Assembly (NCBI RefSeq): GCF_018350175.1
Contig: NC_058385.1
Location: 40,238,001-40,302,000, forward strand
Direction: 5' to 3'
Source: Felis catus
Lineage: Eukaryota
Length of the DNA: 64,000 bases
The notes under the pieces are model-generated. The model was given only the letters and a program-made list of their open reading frames with translations, was not told where the DNA came from and searched no databases. Shown in pieces: positions 23,119-37,000 of the stretch (positions are counted from its first letter, which is position 1; the number at the start of each line of letters is the position of its first letter). The position numbers were made by a program, and so were the translations under genes.

Positions 23119-23743
23119 ACTTTGCTTTATTTTTTTTCCCTCCAATTTAAAAAGACAAAAAAAAAAGACAAAAAAAAAAGCTTGGGGGGGGTTGGTAGTA
23201 GAACATTTAAAGAACAAGGACAATAAAATTGTCCTAAAATTGTCCGAGCCAGTGTCACCTTTATCCTAGGCCTGATATATCCTTTTTTTCCTTCCAGAAT
23301 GATTATATGATAAAGATTTTCAAATAATTTTTCTGTCTCTTCAGCTGAGCATTTTCCCCTAGTGACTCTCTAATCAGGTGCATTTACAATCGTAAAGTTC
23401 CCAATTTTTAAACTAGCATTGTGATGTCATTCACAAAAACCACATTTCTATCATCATTTAATTAATGGATCTGAGGTCATATTGAAAAAAAAAAGGTTTT
23501 GTAAACGTAAACTTTTTCACTGTTACCACCAAGCTTCAGTGGGGAGCATGGAAGAAGGAATGGGCTACAAAGAAGCTCTATCTCTGGGTGCAAAGATCTA
23601 TTTACAGTAGCTCTAAAAATCTGCTACATGATGGCAATGTAGAAAAATAATTGCTGAGCAATGGGCGGGACAGACAAACACATCACCATCACCATCCCCA
23701 CCTGAAGGCAGAACTGGGAGCCAGTGACTTAGCCCCAAAGCTT

Positions 23744-23875
23744 NNNNNNNNNNNNNNNNNNNNNNNNNNNNNNNNNNNNNNNNNNNNNNNNNNNNNNNNN
23801 NNNNNNNNNNNNNNNNNNNNNNNNNNNNNNNNNNNNNNNNNNNNNNNNNNNNNNNNNNNNNNNNNNNNNNNNNNN
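23744..23875. other. Assembly gap (132 N)
   Basis: N run. Confidence 0.99.
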
Positions 23876-23907
23876 GAGTGAGCTCCCACTTGTGCACATA
23901 CATACAC

Positions 23908-23908
<1 letters not shown>

Positions 23909-23949
<41 letters not shown>
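23909..23949. repeat. (CA)n microsatellite
   Basis: Read directly. Confidence 0.95.
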
Positions 23950-23950
<1 letters not shown>

Positions 23951-25964
23951 CCTTAAACCTGACTCTTTATTCCAAAATGTTGTCCAGACCCACATTCTTT
24001 AAAAACAGCATGAAAAAAAAATCCCCCCCACTCTCCTGGATTACTCCTCCTGCTCACTGCCCAACCCCACCCTCGGCAGTAAAGAGCCTAGTGAGGACTC
24101 CTGTAAGAAGGTGAAACTGTCATTCTGATCATATCATTTTGAAATAGTAATAATAACATATTGGCTCCAAATCTGCATCCTCAAGTAGATGCTATCAATG
24201 TAGAAAGTCCTCAGGGACAGCTTATTACCATGTAATTAGCATAATAACTTTGTTGTGTAAACAAAATAAAAGACAGGCTTGAATATAAAAAATATATCTT
24301 ACACTGGATCAGGATCTACAGCTTCTACAGAAAAATCTATTGTCTGCTAGTCTTGTATTTCGTTGCCGCATCACTGTGATAAACACCTAATGAAACGTGC
24401 AAGCAGCTTTCTATGTAAGTGTACTGCATTCGTACACGTGCATACACGTGCCCATATATTTTACTGCAAAACAATATGCAGAACACTCATTCTACTCATA
24501 TTTAACAGAACTAATTTGCTATAACGCCAGCATTGCATCTCCCAGATCAACCCTAATTCCTTCAAGTGCATTTTGGCTTCTTCCAAAAAGATATTTTATT
24601 GGTTTTATGAGCCTTGATAGGGCTCTGAAGGAAGAAAAGGCATTCTTTGGGGGAAAGAAGGTAGCAAACATAGAAATCAGACACAGAGATGAAAGGCATT
24701 TTATGTCTTCCGAAAAATTCTTTGAGGGCCATATCAACATTTTTAGTAAAATACAAACGACTCCCATTTTATAATTAACAGCTGTTTGTGTTAAGTATCC
24801 AGTGCTTCCTAGCTCTGGCTAATATGCTTTTCTTGCTGAAATTATAGGTCCACAAGAAAAGGGATCATAGGTCTAAAATGCTAAAGGTGACCCTATTTCC
24901 CTGGGAGTCTAACTCTAGAATGCACTTTGTGAAATGTTATATATTAATGCTCAAGCTCTGAAATCTTTAGACATCGAAACAACACAGGATAGAGTATTTT
25001 TTATGAAGTGTTACTTTCATCGTCAAGCTTCTTTGAGTAAAAATATATACATAAGAAAAAGTAAATTTAAATAAACCCACTGGCTTATAGACACTATTAC
25101 TTAGCCTCCCAAGAGGATGGTGACAATTAATGCGAAAGTCTTCGCAAAGTTTTGGTGGAAGACGCAATAAAGTTTTCGTTTTGGTTAAAATATTTTCTAG
25201 GGACTATTTTAACGAGCCAGTTTAGTATACTCAGATCTTTGTTCTTTCCGTAGCTCTTGCATCTCCTCAAAACAAAAGAGACCAGGTAAGGGATTGTGGT
25301 GGGGGAATGGGGAATATAGCACAACTCAGCCACTGAATGGGACACATACGGATGTCACCAATTTTACCAACATTGGCCAAATTATTAGGGCCAAAACTTC
25401 ACTCCCCTAAAACCCATATCAATGATGAACTCTTCTACACTTCATTGTTGGACTGTGGGTATATATCTCAGCCTGCAACAACTGGGTTTCTTCCCTTATA
25501 AAAGGGGGAATTATAATGTGCAACACCTCCCTGAATCAAAAGGAAACCACTATACAAAGAACTGAAATTAGACCTATTACATTAATTAAAATTCTGCCAG
25601 CATCTCTGAAAGTGTAATTTGGCCCAATGTGTTTTAAAAAAAAACCAAAACATCATGAAAATTAGCTAATGAATATTGTGCAGTCACTTCCCTAACATAA
25701 AATAACTCAACCATTTAAATTGCACAAATTCCAAAATGGTCTAATTTACAATACGTCGTTGTTTGCTTGTTTGTTTTAGAAGTGCTTAACCTAATAACAT
25801 GGTGAGATTGTATTTTTTTTAATTCCAATCTTTTATAAAATAACAAGAGACTCGTGGTTGAATTTTCCCATGAGCTTAGTAACTACAACCCTAAATACTT
25901 AACTCTGACAATATTTACTCCTACTTAAATTTATTATTTAAAATTTGGTCCTTTTAGTTTTCAC

Positions 25965-26170
25965 TAGGTTGAGAGTCAGGAGACTCAGGCTTTTGAGTCA
26001 ATGCTGACAATTACCCACTATGTGACCTTGAGCAAGCCACTGTCACCTTGGACTCCTATAACAGTATCTACCCTGGTGGCCTCATGGGGTTGCTGTGACC
26101 ATTAAATGAGATCGTGCACGTAGTGTTTTAAATATTAGAAAGTGCTAGACAAATATATGCACTGTTATTT
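25965..26170 (+). mobile_element. MIR, degraded
   Basis: TGTGACCTTGAGCAAG and GGGTTGCTGTGACCATTAAATGAGAT. Confidence 0.75.
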
Positions 26171-26312
26171 TGAAAAGTAATGTCTTAATCAGTCAACAAA
26201 TGTGTAATCATCTTTTAAAACTTTCTCCAATTGATTTCTCTAAATGGTTCTTTCAGTTTTTCATTTTTTGGAAAACCATATATGTTGAGTTACTTATCTG
26301 CAGAGATTTATT

Positions 26313-26521
26313 CTTTTAATTTTTTAAGAATTTATTTATTTGAGAGACAGTGGGGGTGCAGGGGGAAGGGGCAGAGAGACAGGGAGACACAGAATCCAAA
26401 GCAGGGTCCAGGCTCTGAACTGTCAGCACAGGGCCCAACTCAGAGCTCAAACCAACTGACCATGAGATTATGACCTGAGCTGAAGTCGGACACTTAATGG
26501 ACTGAGCCATCCAGGCGTCCC
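26313..26521 (-). mobile_element. SINEC_Fc
   Basis: TSD TG(C/T)AGAGATTTATT on both sides. Confidence 0.95.
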
Positions 26522-26644
26522 TGTAGAGATTTATTTTTTAAAAACAATTCCTGGTGCCATTGGAATCTTAGTTTGGTATCTAGCTCTGTTCCAGTCAGTC
26601 TTTCCTGCTCAGAATTGTCTCCCAAATTATATGAGAGCACAGCC

Positions 26645-26706
<62 letters not shown>

Positions 26707-26716
26707 TAGATATATA
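26645..26716. repeat. Compound microsatellite (TA)n(GA)n(GATA)n
   Basis: Read directly. Confidence 0.95.
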
Positions 26717-26899
26717 AAACCATTGTGCTTCTTTGGTTTGGGTTCTCCTAGCCTAAAAAGTGTCCAAAAGGTTCTCTCTGAAGAATTTCCAGAGAAGGTA
26801 CCATTGCCACCAGATAAAGGTTCTGCCTGACCTTGACTCCATCATAGCCCAAATGGAAGAATTAGCCCCCAGAAGCATCCCTATGTTAAAAGTGACACC

Positions 26900-27289
26900 A
26901 TGTGGAATACTATCCAGCAATCGAAAGAAGTGAACTACTGACATCCACAACAACATGGATGAATCTCAAATACATTTATCCTAAATAAAAAAGCTAGACT
27001 CAAAAAAGCTGTATGTGGTATGATTCCATTTACATGGCATTCCAGAAAAGGCAAAACTATAGAACTATAGGATAGGAAATAGATCATCAGTGGCCAGGGG
27101 CTGAGGGTAGAAGGGGGAGCGGGGGTTGACTACAAAAGGGCAGGAGGAAATTTCTGCAAGTGAGGGAACTGTGCTATGTTTTGGTTATGGCAATGACTAC
27201 ATGGTGACATGTCCACCAAAGCTCATACTCAAAAGGAGGGATTTTACAATATGCAAATTATAGCTCAATAAATCTGAAATTTTAAAAAA
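26900..27289 (+). mobile_element. Ancient L1M (L1MC/ME-like) 3' end
   Basis: TGGAATACTATCCAGCAAT, CAACAACATGGATGAATCTCAAA, TATGATTCCATTTACATG, then CTCAATAAA and an A-tail. Confidence 0.88.
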
Positions 27290-27729
27290 ATCATGGAAAA
27301 GTCAACATGAGTTTGTTACCCTGCTCAGATTATGATTTTTCCTTTAAAGCAAATTGTATTTCCATGGCAATTCAAACTGTTTTCTGGTAAGATGAACCCA
27401 TATAAAGCTAATCAGACACTTCACTAAATATGGTTAAATTTTGAAATAAAATTTCCACTACCTATCTATCACATCCGTGATTAATTGCCAGAGTCCAAAT
27501 AGTGTTATTTCTGGCACAATGATCATCATGTCATTTTTATTGTTTTCCAAATGGGAGGAAAAGATTTCAAGTCTTAAGTTAGCTATATAGATTTTCCTTC
27601 TTCTTCTTCCTTATGTCTCTTATGTGGCCATCCAGTCCTTAAAGAATTGTTGATAATTGTTTTATAGGTATTGCTCGCAGGAATGGGAGTGTGTCCCCTC
27701 ATACAGGCTTGTCAGTCAAAAATTTCAGC

Positions 27730-28290
27730 TGGTTACAAGAGGACCTCACTTAAATCGAATTCTGAGTAAAATATGGCCCAGATAAAGCTGATGAAAGGCC
27801 TATAAAATGAGATTTCAAAACAGACCAAGCAAATCTAGCTAAGAGAGTCTCTTTTTAGAATCAGGTCGGGAGGCCATTAGGGAGGAGGAATTTATGCACA
27901 TCCTCATCAGAGAAAGCATGAACTTTTTAAAAACCTTTCAGCCCGCTTCAAGCCCTCATCCTGGACTTAGCCTCCTCCTCACCGTGACATCTGACTCCTG
28001 TGCCCTCTGCACTTACAAAGGAGCCAATTCGATTTAAGAAGGTTCAAGCTTTCATTTGCATGTGAACTCGACCAATCCCAGTGAACCTAGTTTCAATCCC
28101 TGTTTTGCATAGAGGACCTGAATGAGAACTACACTCAGAGCCTTTGCCTCTATAACTCTGACCCCTGTCTATCTTCCTCCAAACCCAATTTATGTTTCTC
28201 CTTGAATCAGTGTCTCCTGAGTTGCAATTCTAATTGCCCAAATAAACGCTTCTTTGCTTAAATTTTTCACTTAATTTCTCTTCTTGGCCC
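27730..28290 (+). mobile_element. ERV1-type solo LTR, family uncertain
   Basis: LTR layout with CTCTATAA, GTGTCTCCTGAGTTGCAATTC and AAATAAAC poly(A) signal near 28240. Confidence 0.55.
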
Positions 28291-29907
28291 CCCAAAAGAG
28301 CAAATAAAGCAAATGAATCAAAAATAGTCCTAGAACTCAGTGAAAAAATGCAACCCATGTACAGTACAGACGTACTGTAAAATATTAGTACTGAGACTCT
28401 TCCTTTTTAAGATGGGGGTGCAGCATTCAGCTGCAATGATTTTATTTTCTTATCAGTCAAATTATATGATTTAGTAAACAAGCAGAGGGGTCAGTAGGCA
28501 ACTCCTTCCTGGGACATGATTGCTGCGGGGGCTTAAGGGGAGTGCATCTCTGGAGAGAGAAGGAGGTGTGAGAAAAGAACCCCACCTCTCTGGATCCCCA
28601 TTCTGTTCCTTCTGCTGTAAAATGCCATATAAAACAATGCCCGAACAATCTATCGCTGGAAACACAATTATTTGCAGGTGTCTCAGAGCCATTTCGGCTC
28701 ATTCACTGTTCCTTTCCCCTCATTGACATTAGTTTAATCTGTGAAAATCAGATCACTATTCCGCCAGACTTTTTACCTCATTAGGTTTCTATTGTCTGTT
28801 CTGAGGCATTGCATACATTTCTACCTCCAGGCAAGACTGGTTCTTGTCTGCACTCAGTTTTTATCCCTTCCCCCTCTTCATTCTTATGAGGAAGAAACAC
28901 TTTTAATCCAATAATTTAACTACTTCTGGAGCTAATCCAGAAAGATCCCACCTGTATTAAGAAAAAAAAAACTGGCAACTTTGGGATATAAATCCTAATC
29001 ATGCATGAGATATACATGAAACACCCACACCCCCAGGATTTGCTCTCTAGACAAACAGCAATTCTCCGTAGATAGCAAATTATATTAAATACATATAATT
29101 CCATTTTTTCCATTGTGTTAAATCACAGCAACGTCGTTTTCTTGGTAAATTTGTGTCTCCTGTATGTCATTACTACTATGATTGGAAAAACATTGCCTAG
29201 AATTCTTTCAACTATATTTAGATTGGAGTTAAAGCATCCACTTTGTACAGCCAGATCCACGGGACCAGACGAAGGACATTAGTGAGAGTATGGAGCTGTT
29301 TTCTGCAAACCCTTGAATTTAAGCATTGAAGATCACAGCGATGTTTACCTCTCAGGATGCCGTTCTATATACACAAGTAGATAAGATGTTGAAACATCTT
29401 CTCAATTAATTATACAACAAAACAATGTGTCTCTTTCATATTTTGGCTACTACACTGTTTCTAAATGATTTTGATACATATTTAGGGCTCTCAAATCTAA
29501 TTTTTTTTATTTGGGGCTGAGGGACAGTTAGTTACTATAACCCTCAGAAATCAGGGTCATGAAAGAAATTTGCTGACAGTTCTTTGAGTGACTGCATATT
29601 TCAGTATTAGCTGTGCTATTAACCTTTCAAGAAATCTAAGTTACATTTACAGAATGTCGTGAACTGTTACACTCATTGTTTATTTCCTTATTGGATATCA
29701 GCAGAAATTATCTGCCATACCAAGAAGCATCGGAACTCCTGACTAAACAACTTTCCTTCCTTTGGGGAAAAAATAGTAATAATAACCTTTGATGGTGTAA
29801 GAACATCATAATCCACATTGTCATTCCTAATTCAGCCCATGCCAAGAATACAGGACGATTTACATATGCTCTAATCAAATATTTGGGGGCTGGGGAATCT
29901 CACTGCA

Positions 29908-30152
29908 NNNNNNNNNNNNNNNNNNNNNNNNNNNNNNNNNNNNNNNNNNNNNNNNNNNNNNNNNNNNNNNNNNNNNNNNNNNNNNNNNNNNNNNNNNNNN
30001 NNNNNNNNNNNNNNNNNNNNNNNNNNNNNNNNNNNNNNNNNNNNNNNNNNNNNNNNNNNNNNNNNNNNNNNNNNNNNNNNNNNNNNNNNNNNNNNNNNNN
30101 NNNNNNNNNNNNNNNNNNNNNNNNNNNNNNNNNNNNNNNNNNNNNNNNNNNN
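29908..30152. other. Assembly gap (245 N)
   Basis: N run. Confidence 0.99.
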
Positions 30153-31114
30153 AATTACATACACAAAGCAGTTTTAGACTCTGTAATCAGATATTTTGCC
30201 TCATACTACTGTGTGATTTGGGTTGTTTTCTTGGGATGTTTTCTTTTTTTCTTTTCTTTCTTTTTCTTTCTTTTTTTTTCTTCAGAGAGGGAGAACCAGA
30301 TCTGCACAAGCAAGGCTTTCAGGGAAAACGTACATGCTACGCAGGACCCTGGACCCTTCCTGCTGCTATATGACATTTGTGGATTGTGACCAAGCTAAAA
30401 AAGTAAGATGGACTCAGGCTAGTCCACTTTCATTGGACCCCAAACCCACAACTCAGATCGACTCAACCCTTTTTCATTTGCTTGTTGTCCAGCTCGGCAG
30501 CAGTCAGGACATGCAGGGATCTCCGGGAGAAAGGTCTTGGCGGCAGGGAGGCAAGGAGCATGGAGAGGCCAAAGGGAAAAAGGACTTGATCTTAGCCCCA
30601 AAGGACTGCCATGTGGTGGGTTCAGACTTCGCAGGGACATGAGATGCATCCAGCTGAGCTGAGACTTGGTGACTTTACCCAGGTGACCTCTGGTTTTTCT
30701 GCATGCCGAGCAGACGACGGCATTATTATCTTACACTCTCAACAGTCCGAGTACCTAATGTGAGAAAGCTCTTGAAAAATATCAGATTTATAGAATCCAC
30801 AAACAAGCAACAACAACAAAAACGTGAAAAAAAGTAGTATGTTTACTTTGCAAAATGTATGGTTAAAATGGCATGGAATTTGCAATTTTATGCACCACCA
30901 CCACTTTGGAACTGACGCTTTCCCCTCAGAATGGGTTATTATTTATAAGTGCACTCCATGGTTAATATCTGTATTTTTAAATAGCATAATATAATGCATT
31001 GCTTTGGCATACCATGGCAATAAACTTTCATTTACAGAAATTTTAATTTACAAATCCACTTTTTTCAAGTTCCTCAAAACGGAACTCTTTCTTTAAGCAT
31101 CTATCTCTAAATGT

Positions 31115-31116
<2 letters not shown>

Positions 31117-31145
<29 letters not shown>
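31117..31145. repeat. (GT)n microsatellite
   Basis: Read directly. Confidence 0.95.
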
Positions 31146-31741
31146 ATATTCAGTTTTTTTCTTAAAGGTCTTCTGACCTCAGAACTTGTTCCCCCCCAAA
31201 AAAAATCATCTACCCCTTTCTTCTCGGCCTTCCATATCACATCTCATTCACTCACCCAGGATGAAAACTTTGAAATCATCTTGAAATCCTTCTCTCCCTC
31301 CATCTATTTACATGATATCAGAGAATAAAGGATGTAGGCAACAGAAGTGGATCAGGAGATGCTCACACTTCAACTATTTCTCTTACAATGTATGGAGAGC
31401 AACTACGTGGTAAAGCAAACTTAAGCTAAGATGTGACTCTGAATCCATATTTTAATAGCCCTCTTGAAAATCAGGGAAACCTTTATGCCGCCTTTTTGGC
31501 ATACCTGATTGGAGTGTCCCAGATTCTCTACCCCTACTTCGAGATAGAGGCGAAGAAACACTTGCACCAGGGGCGTGAAAAATATCTGCCAATTCCACTT
31601 TCCAGGTGAGCTTGCATTATTAGCATTCGCTTTCATCCACACAGTCTTTGTGAAGATCATCTGAAACCATTTTTCCACTGTACCGGGTTTGATTTCGCTA
31701 ATATTAGGTAGTATCCATAAATACACTTATCTTCAAATCTG

Positions 31742-31757
31742 TTAATGTTTATTTATT

Positions 31758-31794
<37 letters not shown>

Positions 31795-31971
31795 ATGTGC
31801 AGGCAAGTGGAGGGGGGCAGTGCAGAGAGAGAGGGAGACCCAGAATCCAAAGTAGGCTCCAGGCTCTGAGCTGTCAGCACAGAGCCGGATGCGGGGCTCA
31901 AACCCAGCAACTGTGAGATCAGGACCTAAGCTGAAGTCGGACACTCACCCGACTGAGGCATCTAGGCACCC
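31742..31971 (-). mobile_element. SINEC_Fc with expanded (GA)n
   Basis: Reverse-complement head ends at AGGCACCC; AATGTTTATTTATTTTTGAGAG tail junction. Confidence 0.93.
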
Positions 31972-32339
31972 TCATTTAACTTTAAGTGTATGTATAGGTA
32001 ACTGAAAAGTGCCTGAATACACTAAACGCCAATGGGTGTGGGAAGGCACCATTGGCAAAAGCCCTTCACTTCGTCATCGCCACTTTTTGACTGTAAACCT
32101 TCAGGCCTGGTACGTGAAGTGTGACCATCTGATTTACACGGATCCAGGGAGGGTGCTGGTGTCAATCTGCATATTAAACACTAAAGAAACAGAACTTTTT
32201 TATTTCTTTGGATTAAAAAAAAAGGAACTCTGTAGGCTGAAGTTCTAATATTTCTTGTATCATCTCAATGGGAGCATCTTGAACCTCTCCTGGTATCTAA
32301 AAACTCCCATTTTTTATACCCCATTTGAAGGATCATTAC

Positions 32340-32842
32340 TGTATTAGTCGAGATTCTCCAGAGAAACAGAAGCAACCAGATCTTTCTCTTAATTCCCACC
32401 CCCTCTCTTCAGAGACATAATCTAAACTACTAGACCTCTGTCTCTCCAGAAAGAGAGAGAGAGGAAAAGATTCATTTCGAGGAGTTGACTCGTGATTGTT
32501 TCGGCTGGCGAGTACAAAATCTGTAGGGCAAGCCAGCAGGCTGTGATTCAGGTAAGAGCTGCTGTTGCATTCTTGAGCTGAAGGCTAGAAACTCAGGCAG
32601 AACTTCTATGTCACAGTTGGAGGAATAATTTCTTCTTTGGAAACTTTGGTCTTTCTCTTAAGCCCTTCAACCGATTGGACGAGGCTCACCCACATCATGG
32701 AGAACAATCTTCCTTAAAGTCAACAGACTGTAAACATTAATCACACCTTAAAGATATCCTTACGGCAACATCTAGACTGGTGTTTCATCAGACAGCTGGT
32801 CACCATGGCCCAGCCCACTTGATGCATAAAATTAACATCACA
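32340..32842 (-). mobile_element. MLT2 (ERVL) solo LTR
   Basis: TGTATTAGTCGAGATTCTCCAGAGAAACAGAA ... CATAAAATTAACATCACA, the typical MLT2 termini. Confidence 0.9.
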
Positions 32843-33479
32843 ACCTATTACCATCTGCTGTGTTGTGGTGACAACCCATAGATGTGGAAGAAGGGACCTC
32901 ACCATGGATAGTCAGACAAAATGACAAACTGCTTTCCTCTTCTTCTATCCTCTCTCAGCCCTGAAGGCCTCAATGCACAGAAGAGAGAAGGGAGAGGAAG
33001 AAGGAAGCAACCCTACACTCTGCTCTGGCTTCATGCGGGGAACTCTTCCCTGTCCTGAGACAAGGGATCTTGGAATCCCATCAGACCTGAAACTAAGAAA
33101 TCAGCATGACTGAATCGTACTTAATTACTTAAACCGAAACTGTTCATCGCTGAAGGGATTAGATAGAAACTTGTGGAATTGGACCAAGATGTTATGGAGA
33201 CAAGTGTGAAGCAGGAAAGGGGAGTTCAACACAGCAGAATGGTAACCCACATTAGAAATGCAAAATCCTAGGGAGCTATCATGTGGAAACTTCACGTGCA
33301 AGTTCTGTACACGTGCAAGGAGCAGAGAGTGAAGACACCAGGAAGAAAACTGGGTCAGGATGACGGAGGACTGCATGGATGCGGTGTCACTGTGGGTGTA
33401 ACACAGACCTTCCAGGTGGATCATGTGGACGCCTCGGCCAAGAGCCTGGCTTCCCTGATGGAGGCAAGGGGCGGGGGGT

Positions 33480-33690
33480 CATCCATGATCAGAGCACAGA
33501 CTTTAACGTCCGGCACATGTTGGTTTGGAACCGGACTCTGCCACTTTAAGCATGTTGCTTAATCTACTTAGGTCTTCGTTTCCCCCTCATAAAATGGGAA
33601 TGACAGCAATATTTGTTTTATAGGGCTGCTACGAGGGGTAAATAGTGGTGCAGGGTGAGTGTTCCAATAAATGGTAGCTGGAGTCATCAT
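33480..33690 (+). mobile_element. MIR
   Basis: CTCTGCCACTT, CTCATAAAATGGGAAT, CAATAAATGGTAGCT. Confidence 0.75.
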
Positions 33691-33859
33691 CACCATCATC
33701 CTCTTCCTCGTCAGATGCTAGAAGTTTCTTCTGCTGGTAAAAGTGAAGGATCTGGTAAACTCCTGATTTACTCTGTTGAAATTTTTTATGTCTTGAAAGA
33801 AGATATTGGCTGCCACTTACAGAACTTCTGTGTCATAACTGGCCCTCCGCTAAAAGCAT

Positions 33860-34020
33860 TTCTCATATAATTGCCACAGTAACCTCACAAGGTAGATGCT
33901 GTCTGCATTTTACCGATCCGAAACATTACTGAGGCTCAGAGAAGTTAACCATCTTGCCCAAGGTCACACAGCTCACTAGATGCAGAGCCCTACTATTCCT
34001 ACCATAGAGCACTGCATCCC
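33860..34020 (-). mobile_element. MIR
   Basis: ACTGAGGCTCAGAGAAGTTAACCATCTTGCCCAAGGTCACACAGCT. Confidence 0.85.
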
Positions 34021-37000
34021 ACTGAGTATGGACCTCATTCTGGAGAACTTGCCGATAGTGGAGGGGTTGGACACTAAAAGAAAGCAGCTGGGCTGATTTC
34101 AAGCAGTAAGTTTGAATTCTAACAAAAAGAACTAAAGGCATAATCATAATTTAATGCCCTTGCTTTTAGGCAAGCAGACTTCAACGTGTCTTTGATTTTA
34201 AGTGAACAGATTTCAAAATGTTTGGGGTAGAGAGAGGATGGGTGGCTATGTTACTATGGACATTAGACTCTATAGACTCTATAATCAAGCAAATTTCTGA
34301 TGGTCAAGTGAAATATGGTCAAAGGGGAAAGCAGGAGAGGATGGCAATCAAAGAAGCAGGTGTAGCTACCAAGGGACTTCTCTGATGAGGTTGGATTCTA
34401 AAGGATCTTGATCAAAATGTGTAAGTCATAAAATTATGAAGAAGCAGCACAAACCAGAAACATTAGTGTTCACCTGGCCAAGTATAGGACAAGCAAGGAC
34501 CACAAAAGCTGTTAAACTTTTGTGGGAACAAGAAATATGAAAGAAGGGATTGATCCATTGCTTGGAGGAAGTGATAGAATGTTGAGGGAATGGCAGAGAA
34601 GAGGCACAATTACTCATCTCCAATTTTATTTCTTTTTCCCTTCCAAGAAAAACAGCCTTCCAACTGTAAGGGTCGAGGTGCTTACAGCAAATGAAGACAA
34701 TCTATACCTGCTTTCACCTGAAGTCTCCAATCCGAATTATACTTCATCTCCAATAACCTGCTGACAGAATCACAGAATCACCGCTAATAACCCAAGAGAA
34801 ATCAAAATTAGGGGGGGAAAAAAAGAACCAGTCAAATAGTCGTCTTCCCAAAATTCCAAATTAAGTGTGCCAAGGTATGTTCTGGTTTACCAGAAGCATC
34901 GAATGATGCAAGTTGAGCTACCATAAGGAAGAAGGGCAGGGACAACAGAAACTATTGAGGAAAAAAAAGTTAAGTTATCATATCAGTATTTATCCTTTCA
35001 TGGCAAAATAAAAGATGTCATTGGGGGAGTCTTAGGATCAAGAATGAGTAGATCTTGGCATCGATCTCCAGCAACATTACATGCACCCGTTTTCAACTTC
35101 ATGGAAACTGAGTATTGACACTGAACCAAAGCCAACATTTCTACAATACTCTTCTGTCTCTTGTGAACCCATGTCTGCTCTTTAGCACAGAGTGCTGACT
35201 GTGTGTCCCTGCGCGGAATTTAGCCTGCAGCCCTGTTTTGCTAGATTGGGATCACTGTTTGTTTGCTTGATTGTTTTTAATGCTTTTAAACGGGTTATAT
35301 ACACCTTACAATCTCCAGGACTCCTTACTGTCCCCCATCCACTCTCTAATCATGTACACTACCTGCCTACTATCACAGGCATTGCTTGAAATTGCAACCC
35401 TTCTCTGGGCCACATATGGTAAATCTACTTTTTTTTTCCTTTTGCACCCCTTCACATCCTTAAAGTCTGATGATATTTTGAACAAGATTACACCAGAGAC
35501 TGAGCCCTTCACCAGGTCACTAAGGAGGCTTTGTATAGGTCACTCTCAGATGTTTCTATTCTAGTCTCAGGGCCAAAGATCCTGTGGCCCATTTCACCAA
35601 CCCTTCCCACTGTCCAGAACTTAGTAGTGAAAAACAATTACAGAGGATCAAAATGTAAAAGTTGTAATAAACTGATTGCTAGCAACATAATTTAATTGCT
35701 CATTGTTTATTCCACAGAGCAAAATATCTTACACATAAAATTTTCATTCTACCTCTGTCTTTGTAGACATTTTTGGTAAATGGGAGTACTTGTCCTTCCA
35801 AATAACCATAAGCACAAAATGAAGCTAAGTATATTTTTAAATGTCCTGTAAATTAAAAAGAGCCTGGTTATCTTACTATACTGATTATTTAACTCACACT
35901 ATTAAGTATTTTAAGTAGCACAAATTTATAGGGAGCATATCGCCAGAGAAGTGTTACTTTCTAAGCAAATTTTCAGCGGAGGATGTATACATTTTCTTTA
36001 AGAACAATATACAGATTATTTAAGTTTGAACTACAATACATTATGCTTTAAAATCAAATGATTAGAAAATTATAGGCCAAAAATACTGTTGAGATAAATA
36101 CGCAGCCTACCCATTCAGGATAAATAAGCCGCAGCCAATTAAATGGATATGAAGAACCCAAGTTAATAATAATTGATCATTAAAAACCAGAATAAAACTA
36201 GAATAAAAGTTGAAAGGACCAACCAACCCGATCGCACTGATAATAAAGAATTCTCTCTGAACTCGGAGCATTGCAGCTTGCTGGATGTGCACTTGCCTAG
36301 CGGGAGCTGGGTACTGTGGCTGGCAGTCAAGCATTCAGCAGAGGAGAGAATTGCTGCTCCCACCTCGGGGGAGGCATTCATATGACTCTATGCATACTAA
36401 ACCTAGTATTCTTCGCTAACTCACCTAGTTGTATAAATGAAAGGCAGTGAACCTGCATGCCATTCGTCTAAAGAGCCAAGGAGCCTGGCTGATAGAGCAG
36501 CCATTCTTTGGAACATTTTGGCAGAGAGAAAAGAGCACTCTGGAGAGTTCTGCACCAACAATTCAGACCTTGGTCCAGGAAAGACACGCATCACCTCTGC
36601 TCACAACTCATTGACTGCCGCTGGCCACAGAGCCTCTCCAGCCCCAGGAGGCCAAGAAATATCATTCTATACTATGTTCAGAAAGCAAAGATTGGGTGTA
36701 TTTAGTAAAAAGAATTAATTTTCACATCACTAAGAAGACCCTTTTAATGGACCTTGGCAGTTTGCTTTTAAGCTGATAGTAAGTTGGAGTTTTAACCTAT
36801 CTGCTGCTGGCCTTATGTATTGTGCCTTTCTTCGGTAGCCATCGTGGATGATGATGGCTTTTGTCACCATTTTCCTTTTGTGAAGGATCAAACAGCTAGC
36901 AATTATGGAGGGCTCACAATATGCCAGTCATTGCGCTAAGCTTTGTATAATCACTATCTCAGTTTATCCTCACAATAACCTGAAGTTGCAGTTACTTTAT

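Noticed and set aside
22789-23269. Long ORFs containing X runs, here and at the other gaps
   Set aside because: They are artefacts of reading through N.
28360-28379. Short hairpin TACAGTAC-AGAC-GTACTGTA
   Set aside because: An isolated 8-bp stem is expected by chance and is too short for a pre-miRNA.
31560-32080. Possible old DNA-transposon remnant around the SINE
   Set aside because: I could not identify terminal inverted repeats or assign a family with confidence.
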